A stretch of DNA of 64,000 nucleotides from Phyllobates terribilis. Its lineage: Eukaryota. The DNA is taken from positions 179,490,001-179,554,000 of the forward strand of contig NW_027362770.1 in NCBI RefSeq assembly GCF_046119375.1, given 5' to 3'. Below the pieces are notes generated by a model, which was not told the origin of the DNA, ran no database searches, and saw nothing but the letters and a program-made list of their open reading frames with translations. This document shows, in pieces, positions 12,276 through 24,770 of this stretch (positions are counted from its first letter, which is position 1; every line of letters starts with the position of its first letter). The translations under genes were made by a program, and so were the position numbers.

Positions 12276-15200
12276 ATACTAACCACATAGATTGGCGTCC
12301 ACCTCCAGCCCCATCTCCACTACTAGCACCATCTATGCCGCCTCAGTAGTGGCTGCCCCAGAGTCTAGAACCTGCCACTTTATTGTGGAACTACAGTTAC
12401 TGCTCTATGCAGAATGAGATAACGAAGAATCTGATGAAAGAAGTAACTTTTTGGTGGGTTTTTATTTTTTTATGATCTTCTCTCAGCTGACTTATGACCA
12501 CAGACCACATCAAAGTTACACGTATAGAATCAGCGACCAAGTAAAAGTCAAACATTGCAAAACTTTAATGACAGCCAGTTACAAAAATTAATTTTAGCCC
12601 CAAATACATGCATAGACAACCCCTTTAAGGACGTCTATATAGAACTATGTTGTTACAGATGTTGGTTACAATATAAGAGTTATTGGTGATGGTATAAAAG
12701 TGAACTAAATAAACTAATAGAATGATGAATATTTTAATGAAAATGGTGGTAAATGTAATAAGTATTCATTTCTGTAACATTTTGACATCTAGTAATAAAG
12801 GTTTTGATCGAGTTACTTTCTCATATTATTAGATAATATGATTATTAGATTACTATCGTGGCATTTATAAGGACCTGAACAATTAAATGATCCCGATGTT
12901 TTACGAGCCATAAAATAAAAAAGTGTCAGAATTGTGTTTTTTTCTTTTTCTTCATCATATCTGTAAAAAATTAAATGAAGAGTCATATAAAAGATATATG
13001 TACCCCAAAATGGTACCAATGGGAACAATAACTCGTCCTCTAAAAAGTAAACCATCACATGGCAACATAAAAATAAAAAGTTATGCTTTTGAGAGTAAAG
13101 CAACAGACAAACAAATTATATATTTTTTAAGATTTTAAAACTCAAAATCTACACAAAAAAAAAAAGTTAAATGGAGACACACATTTCCTGCGGATCAGAT
13201 TGCAACACTGTTGCACCACAGAAATAGCAGAAATGGCTTCCAGGTCCTTTTATTTCTATTTGTACAAATGGTTATATACAGCTTGTGGAAGACAAAATCC
13301 ATATGGTGCTCAACCTCCAAGAAGACTGACCCAGGTTTCACCTGCTCTGGCTTCTTCAGGTACGCTCTGTTTGCCTTATTTATTAAATAATCCTGTTTTT
13401 CATGAGTTGGGAATGGGAGTTCAGACATCAATAAGAGACTTATACATATATAGTACTATATACTGTAAATCATATGCGCTCTTGGGTTGTAACATCAGAT
13501 TCTGGACAGCATTGTGGGAGCAAAAGACACCGGACTCTCCAATCTGATGTTATAGGAGATGGGACAGGGATGGGAACGTGATCGCCGCACGGGGTGGATG
13601 AACCCGTCTAAGGACGCTAGGGAGCTTAGGGTTGCGAAGGGCAATTGTCAGGGGTGCCCCCTTTAATCTTTCCCTCGTGGCAGAGCTCCCCTTCCCTTCA
13701 GTCTCCTCGTGCGCCATCTTACTTCTGGCAGAAGCTGTTGTTTCCTAATCGAACATCAAATGCTCACTTTTATCTTATCAACGTGTTTTCCTACAAAATG
13801 TACAATTTTCTCCCCAGGATTCATGTTTATAATGAACATGAAAATCACATGAACTTCTTCTTTTAATAATGAACTTTTCATACATCTCTGACTACACGTC
13901 ATCTATGTGTTTCCTCTGCCCCAACGGCTTCTTCAGCTGCTACAAGGACAGGAGCAGAATGAAGAGAAAGAGAGAATATTATGGAGAAATTCACGCAAAA
14001 GGAACAGGGGGAAATGTGCAACACCAAGAAAAACCTAAGAGGAAGTCATATGGAGTCTATAAAATGATTTTTCTTCAAGATGGTGATGACACTTTTATTA
14101 TATTACTGTTCCAGTTTCAAGCAAAATTATTCACCCCTCATTGCAACTTTACAAGCTTTCCGCTGTTTTCAATAGTCCAATCAAACAAGAACTATATAAC
14201 ACGTGGTTTCTCCAAATTCAACACAAAATGCCTCTTTTATCAGAATTATTCACCCCTTCATGACTAACATGTTTAGTACTTAGAAATGCCTATCCGGCTG
14301 TTATAACCTGCTGCTGACCTGTCTCATAGTCAGACACCAGTTTCTGGCAGCATTCCTGAGGAATGTTTGCCTTTCCTAATGGGTATTTGTTGCTCATATA
14401 TGGACTGTCAATCACCCTCACTGTTGTATTTTGATATTTTTCTCCTCCCTCTAATATGAGCTTCCAGGTGGGCAGAAAATCTACCACATTAGTATTAACA
14501 ATGGAACTCCTGCTCCACTGCTGTATACATATGGCACAATGGTTGCTTTACTGCATTCCCTGCATTGGCTTTTATTCAGGCTATGATATACTGTACTATA
14601 CTATGTGATTACTGCGCTCTACTATGTGATGTGATTGCTTCAAGGCATTTTTGGCAGGTCTGTTGTTTACGCCTAATGTGATGTGTGCCTTCTCTGGCAA
14701 CCTTCTGCTTTGTGTAATATAGTGGTTAATCCAACCACAAATTGTTCAGTCATTGAGTCCAGCGAACTTCCAAAAATTCAACATTAGTTCAATTTGCATC
14801 AAATCGATAGACTTATCTCTACAAACAATCATCATTGGCCATTCTTTCATATGTCCTGGTGTGTACTCAATATTATATTCCACAGACCCAAACACTCACA
14901 ACACGCTGTTCCATATAGAAAACATCAAGTCCCCTTCTCCTTCAAGGGGGGACACATTTAGGCTTCACTCGTATCTGCGTATTAAAAATCGCTCCAATGT
15001 TCATCCCGAAAAGTTGGACAAGTGTCATGTGTGAGATATTCCTATGCGAGGGTGCCAATTTTATTTTTGATTTATTTTTTCTCACCTAGCATCCATATGG
15101 CATTCATATACAATGTGTTTTTAACATCATCTTTTACATAACGATAATGCTCTATGTAACTTAAAGCTAATTTACAAAACTAATAAAGCAATCTTATATA

Positions 15201-15520
15201 CAGATATAGATAGATGATAGAAAGATATTAGATACATAATAGAAAAATACATAAATAGAATAGATAGGGGGACTGCAGATATATAATTTGACAACTTCCT
15301 ACATATTATAAACTTGTACCCTTCAGCGCCTTTCATGTGGAGTTTATTCTGCATCTTACATAAAAAGAGACATAAAAGCAAGACACCGTCCCTCGTTCAT
15401 CAATTTACTATAAAATACGGGTCCCACGCTTCACGTAGATTTCTATTCAGTGTTTTATATGTCAGAGCAGGAAGCTTTTCATTATGAATAATTATGTGCA
15501 GATATACACCACAGCCTTAA

Positions 15521-15983
15521 AGAAGTTGTCCACTACTTGGACAGCTCCTTCTCATACTCCTCGCTTGGCCCCGATAAAAGAAAAATGCCTATACTCACCT
15601 CCAGTGCTAGCGCCTTTCCAGCGGTGTCGGCACTTGTGGTCTCGGGGTTCCCGTGTGGTTGTTGGGACACGTGACTCAGGCACCCAATCAGCACTGGTGT
15701 CACAGTCTCCGCCTTCATATGGTTAAGTAATTAACAGGAATTGAGGGCTGCGGCTGCTCTCACTTCCTGTCAATTACTTAACCATATGAAGGCTTAGACT
15801 GTGACGCCAGTGCTGATTGGGTGCCTGAGTCACGTGTCACAACAACCACATGAGAGCCCTGGGAACGTGAGTGCCGACACCGCTGGAACAATGTCAGCAC
15901 AGGAGGTGAGTATAGGCCTTTTTCTTTTATCGGCGCCAAACATTGAGATCAAGAAGGGGTTGTCCTAGTAGTGGACAACCCCT
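15521..15983. mobile_element. TTAA-flanked palindromic MITE (Kolobok/T2-like)
   Basis: TTAA at 15517-15520 and 15984-15987; ends AGAAGTTGTCC / GGACAACCCCT. Almost the whole element is a foldback with about 200-bp arms. Confidence 0.85.
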
Positions 15984-16061
15984 TTAATTGTAATTCTTTG
16001 CATATTCACACATAATGGGTCTATTGTTGTTTTATATACATTGCCATGATTCCTTGAGTAA

Positions 16062-16259
16062 GGGCACAGTCAGATGGCCGTATAAATCGAAGCAAGATCG
16101 TAATGCAATGCACAGACTGGCCAGCGGTTCTCCCGACCTGAGTGTTACAGCTGCATAGATATACATAAAACTGTCACACCCAGGTTGGGAGAGCCGCCAG
16201 CCAGTCCATGCCCTGTGTTCTGATCTCGCTCCAATTCATACGGCCATCTGACTGTGCCC
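16062..16259. mobile_element. Short Harbinger-type MITE
   Basis: 22-bp TIRs GGGCACAGTCAGATGGCCGTAT / ATACGGCCATCTGACTGTGCCC; flanks TAA and GAA. Confidence 0.8.
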
Positions 16260-16618
16260 GAAGAGCGTTACTCTTTCACCAAAAATGTCAGTCAGTCATG
16301 ACTATCATGTGAATTACTTTTCAGGGATCTGACACCCCGGACTTTGCCTCTGACTATCCGTTTGTTATGCTCCATGGTCTTGACGTACCCTCCTGGCATT
16401 TGACCCCTGATTGTTACTTGACCATGCCTTTGTCTTGCCTCCCTGTACTACGAGACCTCCTGGTATCTGACCTCAGACCTCCTGACTACCCTGTCTCATG
16501 GCTTTCCCGTGAGTAGTGGCTCAGCGTCACAACTGTTCTATCCTCATGATCTTTGTGAAGTAGATGGTCTTATAGAGATCCGACACTCTTTTATTCCAGA
16601 GCAGTATTTACTATTGTA

Positions 16619-17173
16619 TAGAGATGAGTGGATAAATTTGAGTGCCATTGAATTCTACCAGAATATCATAATATTACAAGAATCTGCATTTGCCAAAATG
16701 TGAATTATTATTTTTTTTTTTTGGAATCTGTTTCCACACAGATTCGGCAAAATTTATTTTCATGAACTGTACAAGGCCATCTAAATGTAAAAAATAAAAA
16801 AATCCTTATGTTAACCTCACCCCTCACTTCTCCATCCCACCCTGTACTCGGGTGCATGTGCAGAACCCTCCCGGGCTTATCAAGACCGGAAGTCTCAACC
16901 TAGTTTAAGAGGCCCAGTGATTTCAGCTCCGCCAATGGTGATTTCAGCTCTGCCAATGTGATCCAAAGATACGACAAGGACTAGACAGATGACAGTGAGG
17001 AGTGTAGGGGCCGGGGAGGTAAGTATAAGGATTTATTTTTTATTTTTTACATAATACGTTATGTTCTGGGGTCTAAATGAACCCCAGAGCAGGAACCCTA
17101 GAGCAAATTGAATTTCTCAGGAAAAACCACCAGAACAGGCGAATTCAAATTTTGCCTGATCTGTTCAACTCTA
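16619..17173. mobile_element. hAT-type MITE about 350 bp upstream of TRIM copy 2
   Basis: Ends TAGAGATGAG / TTCAACTCTA; 8-bp flanks CTATTGTA and ATTTTGTA (6/8 match, decayed TSD). Confidence 0.6.
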
Positions 17174-17487
17174 ATTTTGTATTATCGATGCCCTAGGTTT
17201 TGTTTACAGGGGTGAAAACTACAGTTGAAAAAAATATAATTGAAAATCTCACACCACTTCTCTGTTTTAGAGATACTCCTGGTTATTCCTTATAAATACT
17301 GATGAATTCTGACCAAAATTGCTGATGTGTGACCGAAGGCTCGGGAGAGTATAAACATGGAGAAATCAACTTGACTCACTGTATTTGTAAACTGGAGAAA
17401 GAACATTTTGTTCTCTTCTAGCTCATTAAAGGGTTAATACAGGGATCTTTAGGTTGTGCAATGTCATATGTGCCGGAACAAGCACAC

Positions 17488-17500
17488 ACTTTCAGTTTCT
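17488..17500 (-). promoter_or_regulatory. IRF-E/ISRE-like element upstream of TRIM copy 2
   Basis: ACTTTCAGTTTCT, at about the same distance from the ATG as in copy 1. Confidence 0.5.
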
Positions 17501-17521
17501 TTTCTGGAAAATCCTGAAGCG

Positions 17522-19483
17522 ATGGCGTCTGCAGATTTGAGAGACGATCTGGACTGCTCTATCTGTCTGACCCTGTATACAGATCCAGTAACCCTGAGAT
17601 GTGGACACAACTTCTGCCGGGTCTGTATTGTTCAGGTCCTGAATGCACAGGACAAGTCTGGAGTTTATTCTTGTCCTGAATGTAGAGGAAAGTTTCTGAA
17701 GCGGCCTTCGCTGATAAAGAACATAACTCTCCGTAACGTAGCAGAACGTTTCCTGTCTACTCAGCCTAATCTGGAGGAGATCACCGGGATCCACTGCACT
17801 TACTGTATTCACTCTCCTGTACCTGCTGTTAGATCCTGTCTACACTGCGAGGCTTCTCTGTGTGATAATCACCTGAGAGTTCACAGCAGAGGACCAGAAC
17901 ACGTCCTCACTGATCCCAGCACTTCTCTGGAGAACAAGAAATGTTTAGTACATCAAGAACTTTTGAAATACTATTGTACCGAGGACGCTGCTTGTATCTG
18001 TGTGTCCTGCAGTTTGGCCGGTGATCACCGGGGACACCGGGTGGAGCTGCTGGATGAGGCCTCTGAGAACAGGAAGAAAAAACTGAGGAATGTTCTTCAG
18101 ACCCTATTCACAAGGAGAAAGAAGACTGAGGAAAGTGTCCAAAGTCTGGAGGAACACTGGAGGAAAGCTCAAGAGAAAGCAGCTGGAGAAATCGAGAGAG
18201 TCACTGCCCTGTGTACAGACATCAGGAGACGGGTGGACGACCTGGAGAAGAAGGTCCTGAATGAGATCTCCAGGCAGGAAGAGAAGTTGTCACTGTCACT
18301 GTCTGATGTGATCCAGAAGTTGGAAATAAAGAAGGACGAGCTGTCCAGGAAGATGAGACACATTGAGGAGCTGTGTAACATGACGGATCCACTGACTGTC
18401 TTACAGGAACCAGACAGTGGTGACTTGTCTGATACTGAGGAGGATGGAGGTGATGAGACCACAGAGGGACAGGATGAAGGTGATGAGGACACAGGAGGAC
18501 ATGATGGAGGTGATGAGGACACAGGCGGACATGATGGAGGTGATGAGGACACAGGGGGACTTGATGGAGGTGATGAGGACACAGGCGGACATGATGGAGG
18601 TGATGAGGACACAGGAGGACATGATAGAGGTGATGAGGACACAGGGGGACTTGATGGAGGTGATGAAGAAAAAGGGAGACATGATAAGACACATGATGTA
18701 GATGTGGATGTAATTACAAGGATGTTACATGCAGGTTTCTCTGATATAATGACTTATCTACAGATCATCCCATCTGCAAAACCTAAAGAAACGAACCCTC
18801 AACCCCTTGGCACTCTATCTCTGTCCAGTCTCAAGCAAGATTTATCTTTATCAGGTATAAAATATGGAGGTGATGATGAGATAATAGTTGGTACTAGAGG
18901 TGAGAGAGGGAAGGTATTGCCTACAGAAAATGGAGGGATATGTGGTCAGGGTGTGGAGGTAAATACAGCAGATAAGATATTAACATCAGATGATCGGAAA
19001 ACTGCAACCAGGTTACAAATAAAGCAAAATCATCATCCAGAAGCAGCAGAGATATTCCAGAAATATCAGGTGATAAGCCGCCGGAGATTTACCTCAGGAC
19101 GACATTACAGGGACGTGGAGATAGGTGGTTCAGAGTTGTGGATGGTGGGGATGTGTTATCCCAGTATGGACAGGAGGGGGCGTCAGTCACACATTGGATA
19201 TAATAACAAGTCTTGGGGTTTATATGGAGGGCTGGTGTATAATAATCAGTGTTCAGTGATACATGACAGTGAAGAGATCCCATTACCTGACCAGATCTCC
19301 AGTGATAGAGTCAGGATATATCTGGATTATGAGGTCGGGCAACTGTCCTTTTATGATCTGTGTGACCCCATCAGACACTTACACACCTTCACTGCCGCCT
19401 TCACCGAGCCCCTTCATTCTGCACTTTGTGTATTTCGTGGTGATGTAAAGAAATCAGGAGAAGCAACAGGGGGGAGAAGTTAA
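17522..19483 (+). CDS. TRIM E3 ligase paralogue, 653 aa, with expanded acidic repeat linker, an extra in-frame segment and a divergent PRY-SPRY
   Basis: ATG at 17522 aligns with copy 1 (MASADL). RING and B-boxes are intact and the ORF is open to TAA at 19481-19483. Confidence 0.9.
   Translation: MASADLRDDLDCSICLTLYTDPVTLRCGHNFCRVCIVQVLNAQDKSGVYSCPECRGKFLKRPSLIKNITLRNVAERFLSTQPNLEEITGIHCTYCIHSPVPAVRSCLHCEASLCDNHLRVHSRGPEHVLTDPSTSLENKKCLVHQELLKYYCTEDAACICVSCSLAGDHRGHRVELLDEASENRKKKLRNVLQTLFTRRKKTEESVQSLEEHWRKAQEKAAGEIERVTALCTDIRRRVDDLEKKVLNEISRQEEKLSLSLSDVIQKLEIKKDELSRKMRHIEELCNMTDPLTVLQEPDSGDLSDTEEDGGDETTEGQDEGDEDTGGHDGGDEDTGGHDGGDEDTGGLDGGDEDTGGHDGGDEDTGGHDRGDEDTGGLDGGDEEKGRHDKTHDVDVDVITRMLHAGFSDIMTYLQIIPSAKPKETNPQPLGTLSLSSLKQDLSLSGIKYGGDDEIIVGTRGERGKVLPTENGGICGQGVEVNTADKILTSDDRKTATRLQIKQNHHPEAAEIFQKYQVISRRRFTSGRHYRDVEIGGSELWMVGMCYPSMDRRGRQSHIGYNNKSWGLYGGLVYNNQCSVIHDSEEIPLPDQISSDRVRIYLDYEVGQLSFYDLCDPIRHLHTFTAAFTEPLHSALCVFRGDVKKSGEATGGRS
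18446..18685 (+). repeat. Coding minisatellite, 8 x 30 bp (GGDEDTGGHD)
   Basis: Unit GGAGGTGATGAGGACACAGGNGGAC(A/T)TGAT; only about 2 units in copy 1 (8008-8067). Confidence 0.95.
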
Positions 19484-21956
19484 AGAACTTAATTGGGGGA
19501 GAATTTGAACTATAGGATACAGCAATAGAAGGGCTTAAGATATGGTCTCGTTGCCATTTTTATTTTTCTTACATTAATTATGGGGCTTTCCTAAAATTAA
19601 GTACATTGATTTCTTCTATTGACATTGGCAATTTATCTCTTATCATTAGAATCAGGTTAGGAAATGATGATACATTTTTTTTTCTGACTTCATGGAAAAG
19701 AATGGAACCTACAGAACCTCAGGAGGGTTCGTTTTGCAGCAGCGCAGATGCCGACATCTTTTTCTATACTTTTAGCTATAACTAGTGAGAAGCTTCGTAG
19801 CAGAAACTGTGAATGAATGTGCGACTTTTTTTAACCACGTCACGGTTTCCGAACCCTGAAATGGTTAAAAGAAGTAACAAAGGACCTAACCTGTGCACAG
19901 CATTTGCTGTGCATTATGTTCATTTTTTGCTGCAGTTTCGCAGTGCTTTTTCAGGTGTGTTCCTGGTGGAATCCACCAGAAAAAGCTGTGTGTACATACC
20001 CTTACAATGGATCTGTCAGTGGATTTTACATAAATGTATTTTATTGATTAGATCTCTTAGATTTGATGAAATTGGTGAATTTACATTGAAAAATCATTTC
20101 AAAATCGATATATAATTCATTGTGAAAGTTTAAGTTCAGAAGAGAGTGAGAAAGCTGAAAAGTCTAAATGTATAAATGACCTCGGCTCAAACTCCGCCCT
20201 CCAGGATTGATTGACAAGCGCTCATGTCATTTAGTTGTTGAGCATTTTTAGTTTTATTATGATTTGTAAAACAAATGTATTTACACCTGATTATTCTATC
20301 TTGTAATTGTACTAATAATCATTTCCAACAAAATTGTTAAAATACTGAAATATTAAGAAATTAGATGATAAATCTATAAGCTTAGTTTGTAAATTCAGTC
20401 TCTTAGAATTATTGCCAAAATGATTTTCAGTGCTCCAGGATCCACCTGTCACCTCAAGAATCTACTAAAAAAGTGTCAAAACAGAATATGTTTTGAGTGT
20501 CAAAACAGAATATGTTTGCTGGGTGTTGAGTGAAGGTGTAAATGTGGGGTTAGGGTAGAAACTTGGAAGGACAATAGGCGCAATATGGTCTTATCCGGGC
20601 AAAATGGGGAGATTTTGGGCAATGGTGCTCACCTAGTAGAGTTCTACTCATGTATAATCCATGATTCTGGGTAGTCAAGAGGTCCAAGGTCAAAAGCCAA
20701 GAGAGTACGTCATAGACAGAGGAGTGAGATGAAGACATAGTCAGGAAACAGTCTGAGGTCAATTTTCCAAGAAGATCAGATCACGACAAAAGGGCTAGGC
20801 AAAGGGATGGTCAAGACAAATCCTAGGTCAACCAGCAAAGATCAGAATACCAGACTAGGAGCACAGGGTAAGCACACACCTCACGAGCAAAGCTACAATT
20901 GGCAGCCATCAAAGGCAGAGAGTTGGTTAAAGATCCAGGTAAATACTCTGAACAAGAGACAGGTGAATGAAGCCCCGACACACCCTGGTCCAGAATGAAT
21001 GGCTAAACTGTCACTCCAGACACAGAGCTCAGCATGCCCCAGCATCCGATTGGACGGCTGAGCTGTCCATCACTACACTGACAGCTCAGCACGCCCCATT
21101 GCTAGATTGGATGGCAGAACTGTCACACACTCAGAGGGGAGGAATCGTGACAGTGACACTTCGAAACGTGTTGACAATTAAACCGCATTCCGGTATTTCT
21201 GACTCCTTTTCCATCATCATTCGCCAGCCTTGCAAGATTTAACCCATTACCTCCACTCTCTGAAGGTATGAATGTGAGCTTACTTACTTCATGATGATGA
21301 ATATCATATTGATAATGGTGATTTGTGACTAATAAATATGCATTGCTTCAGTAATTGTCATCTAGTAATGAAATAATTGAATAAAATGAAACTGTGCACT
21401 AATCACCTGTCCAAAAACACAGAGGTTAAAGTCATCCTGGTGCATTTTGGCTAGAAACATAGAGGAGAGGGTGAGATTGAGGGGATTGTCCTAAACTAAA
21501 CTTACTGAAGTGATCACATGTAATATATCCATGTGACCGCTGCAGCCAATCAGTGGCCTGAGCAATAACATGATGAACATGTCACCATCACTGTTGAGAG
21601 CAGTGATTGGCTCAAGCAGTCACATGGATTTACGGCATATCATTGATCAAGAAAAGCAAACAAAAAACAGAGAAAAATACTGGAGCATCAGCGTTGGAGC
21701 GTTGGAGTGACGAGGAATGTTTTACTATTTAATTTTTTAATATATTTGTGATGGGAAGAGAAAAAGGGATACATTAATGGGATTATTAGTATTGCTATTT
21801 TCTCTATTTTCTAAATTTATTGTGAAGATTGATAAAGAGGCATGTGAGTGGTTTCATCATGGTTTTATTTTTTATTTAAATACTAAGCAGTTGGTCAGGT
21901 AATATTATACACAGAGGGCAGATAGTGTCACACATTGTTCATTTAGTGGCCAGATA

Positions 21957-22430
21957 AATAGAATCATAGAATGTTTTAGTTGGAGGGGACCTCCAGGGTC
22001 CTTGTGTCCAACCTCCTGCTCAATGCAGGATTCACTAAACCATCTCAGACAGATGTCTGTCCAGCCTCTGAAGACTTCCATTGAAGGAGAACTCGCCACC
22101 TCTCGTGGCCGCCTGTTCCACTCATTAATCACCCTAACTGTCAAAAAGTTTTTTCTAATATCTAATCTGTATCTTCTCCCTTTCAGTTTCATCCCGTTGC
22201 TTATCGTGTTTCCATGTGCAAATGAGAATAAAGATGATCCTTCTACAGTGTGACAGCCCTTCAGATATTTGTAGACCGCTATTAAGTCTCCTATTAGCCT
22301 TCTTTTTTGCAAGCTCTAACCGTTCCTTGTAGGACATAGTTTACAGTCCGCTCACCATCCTGGTAGCTCTACTCTGAACTTGCTCCAGTTTTTCGATGTT
22401 TTTTTTTTAAATGTGGTGCCCAGAACTGAA
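21957..22430 (-). mobile_element. CR1 3' fragment, same family as 51425-54242
   Basis: QKRRLIGDLIAVYKYLKG...RRYRLDIRKNFLTVRVINEWN with an ATTCTATG-type tail. Confidence 0.9.
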
Positions 22431-23172
22431 AATAGAATTGTGTGGGTAAATGGTGCCACGCCACATGTCTGCAGTGACCTGAGTTGTTGGTGCCTGAATA
22501 AGGTATCCATTTATTCATCATCCTATCTGTTGTTCAGATGTTCAAAGAATATATATGGTGGTACCTGAGCAGGGTTATTATTATGGGTCATGCGTGGACT
22601 GGCTGCAGCTTTCCCGACCCAAGCTGTCATTCTTTGGTCAGGAGACCTATGGGCTATCTGTGTATTGTGGTCCAAGATCAGACCAATTTGCATGGATGTC
22701 TGCATGAGCCATTTATTGAGTGGGTAATTAAGGGTAACAACTCCAGGAGTAAAAAAAAAAAAAAGAAATTGCAGTATTCTGCGTAATATGACAGTATTAC
22801 TTGGGTTTCTTAAGGGAGTATTCCTTGGATATTGCATATATCGTGTTCACTAAACGGCAGTATTATGAGGTCCAAAATTAAAATATATATACTGTTCAGA
22901 AATGGCCAGGTCCTCTTTATCTACAATTAAAAAATATTGAGGAACTTGAAATATTTGGGAGGTTTGTCTCGGTGAGCTCATTTTTTGGCACATGTGCGTC
23001 CACAGATATCAGTCAGGTAAGATAAATATATTTCTTAAAGGAAACCTCAGTCAAAAACTGTCATCTCTGAGTCTTTGGTTTTATCAAAGTCAAAGGGAGA
23101 AAATCAGATCCATCGTATTAACTTTTGTCCCCAGTGGAAAATGATTAAAAAATTAAATGAAATTATGTTTAA

Positions 23173-23624
23173 AGGGAATTTGTCAGAAGGCTTTTGCTAC
23201 CTCATCTGAGAGCAGCCTGATGTAGGCAAAGAGACCCTGAATCCAATGATGTATCACTTGGTTTACTGGATGTAGCGGTTATGACACATTCAGAATTTTT
23301 AGATTTAGTATGCAGCAGAGCTGAGAAAGCTAATCCCACCCACACCAGGATCCCTATATAAATGCAGCAGAGCTGAGAAAGCTAATTCCGCCCACACCAG
23401 ACTCTATGTGTACACAGTCTATAGACAGTGAGCTGCTTATCACAGAAGGGGCGGAGTCTGACCAGTAGGCATGTGCTGCAATGATAATCACCAGGTGATA
23501 AAACGTTCAGTGTAAGTAAACAACAGCACACAGCCTGACGTGACACATCGTTGAATTCAGTGTTTTAATCCCTACGTCATGCTGTCCTCAGAATAGATAG
23601 CAAAAACTAGCTGACAGATTCCCT
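23173..23624. mobile_element. TTAA-flanked Kolobok/T2-like MITE
   Basis: AGGGAATTTGTCAG ... CTGACAGATTCCCT with TTAA on both sides. Confidence 0.85.
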
Positions 23625-24770
23625 TTAAGGTTAATTAAATAGATTTGTAATACAGTTTCCTGGCCATAGTAACAGTAGTAGAATTAGTCACACTGCCTTC
23701 ATGCCAGTACATCCAACAGTGTCCAAAGTAACAATAATAATCATAGTGCCTCCATACCAGCTGTTTTCCATCTTAAAAGTAAAAGTAATAGAAACCCAAT
23801 AACAATCTTAATCATGATCACAAAGTGCACCCATTTTAGTACGATGAGCAGTACCCAAACAATAGTAATTGTCACAGTACAGCGATAACAGTCTAAGGAG
23901 GTGGACTGTTGCTGCTCCATTCCTTTCCCTGAAGACACCAAGCGCTATATTGTAATATGTTATGTGGTGTAATTTGTACTGCGATATTGTGATGTAGTGT
24001 GAAAAATATAATGCTTTGGATATGTTAATGATGTTGGTAATGTGTGTAGTTGACTATAGAAATGATTATGAGTTAATAGTTGGGACTAGCCCACAATGGG
24101 AGTGGCTAGTGTTAGGGAAAGTGACTGTTTCCTGCTCGGAAGACAGATAGGGCCTGGAGTGCTTGTTGAGCAGTCCAAAAGGTCCAAGGCGAACAGTTTT
24201 GAATTCTGGGGAGACTGTAAATGAGAAGAGACTGAAGAGAAGGGATAGCAAGATCTTGAGCATATGTGACAGGGCTGTGGAGTCATAGTCATGGAGTCAG
24301 AGCCCATTTTGATGGAATCTGAGTCGGTATAAAATGGACTGACTCCAACTAAAATGTATAATAAATTGGGTACAGTAATTCAATGCAGTTTGTGGGGAAT
24401 ATTTTTTTCAAAAGAATTTTGGAAAGTTATGAAATGTCCTATAAATGACTGTCCTATTCCTGATCTAAGGGTCTAGACCAGTGGTAGCGAACCTATGGCA
24501 AACGTGACATCAGCTGCAGCACTTGCAGGGGGAGCTCTGCGCCGGGGATGAGGGAGCAGAGAAGTTCGGCAATGCACTGAGTGCAGCACGAAGTGTACAC
24601 CAGCGGCATCGCTAGGCAGTAGGCACATTGATTCAGGGCCTGCGCACAAATCAAAAGTGCACTGCCTCGAATCTCTTGGGCTGCACGTTTTATTTTGTTT
24701 GAATGTATAGTGCCTGTGTCTCAGTGTACGCAGGCATGCACGCAGCATTATTTTTTTTTTCCCCTGTGGT

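Noticed and set aside
17456-17521. 22-codon N-terminal extension of TRIM copy 2 in the ORF track
   Set aside because: It starts at GTG, and the paralogue alignment places the start at ATG 17522.
18169-18701. Antisense and alternative-frame ORFs over the TRIM linker (also 7784-8113)
   Set aside because: By-products of the 30-bp coding repeat.
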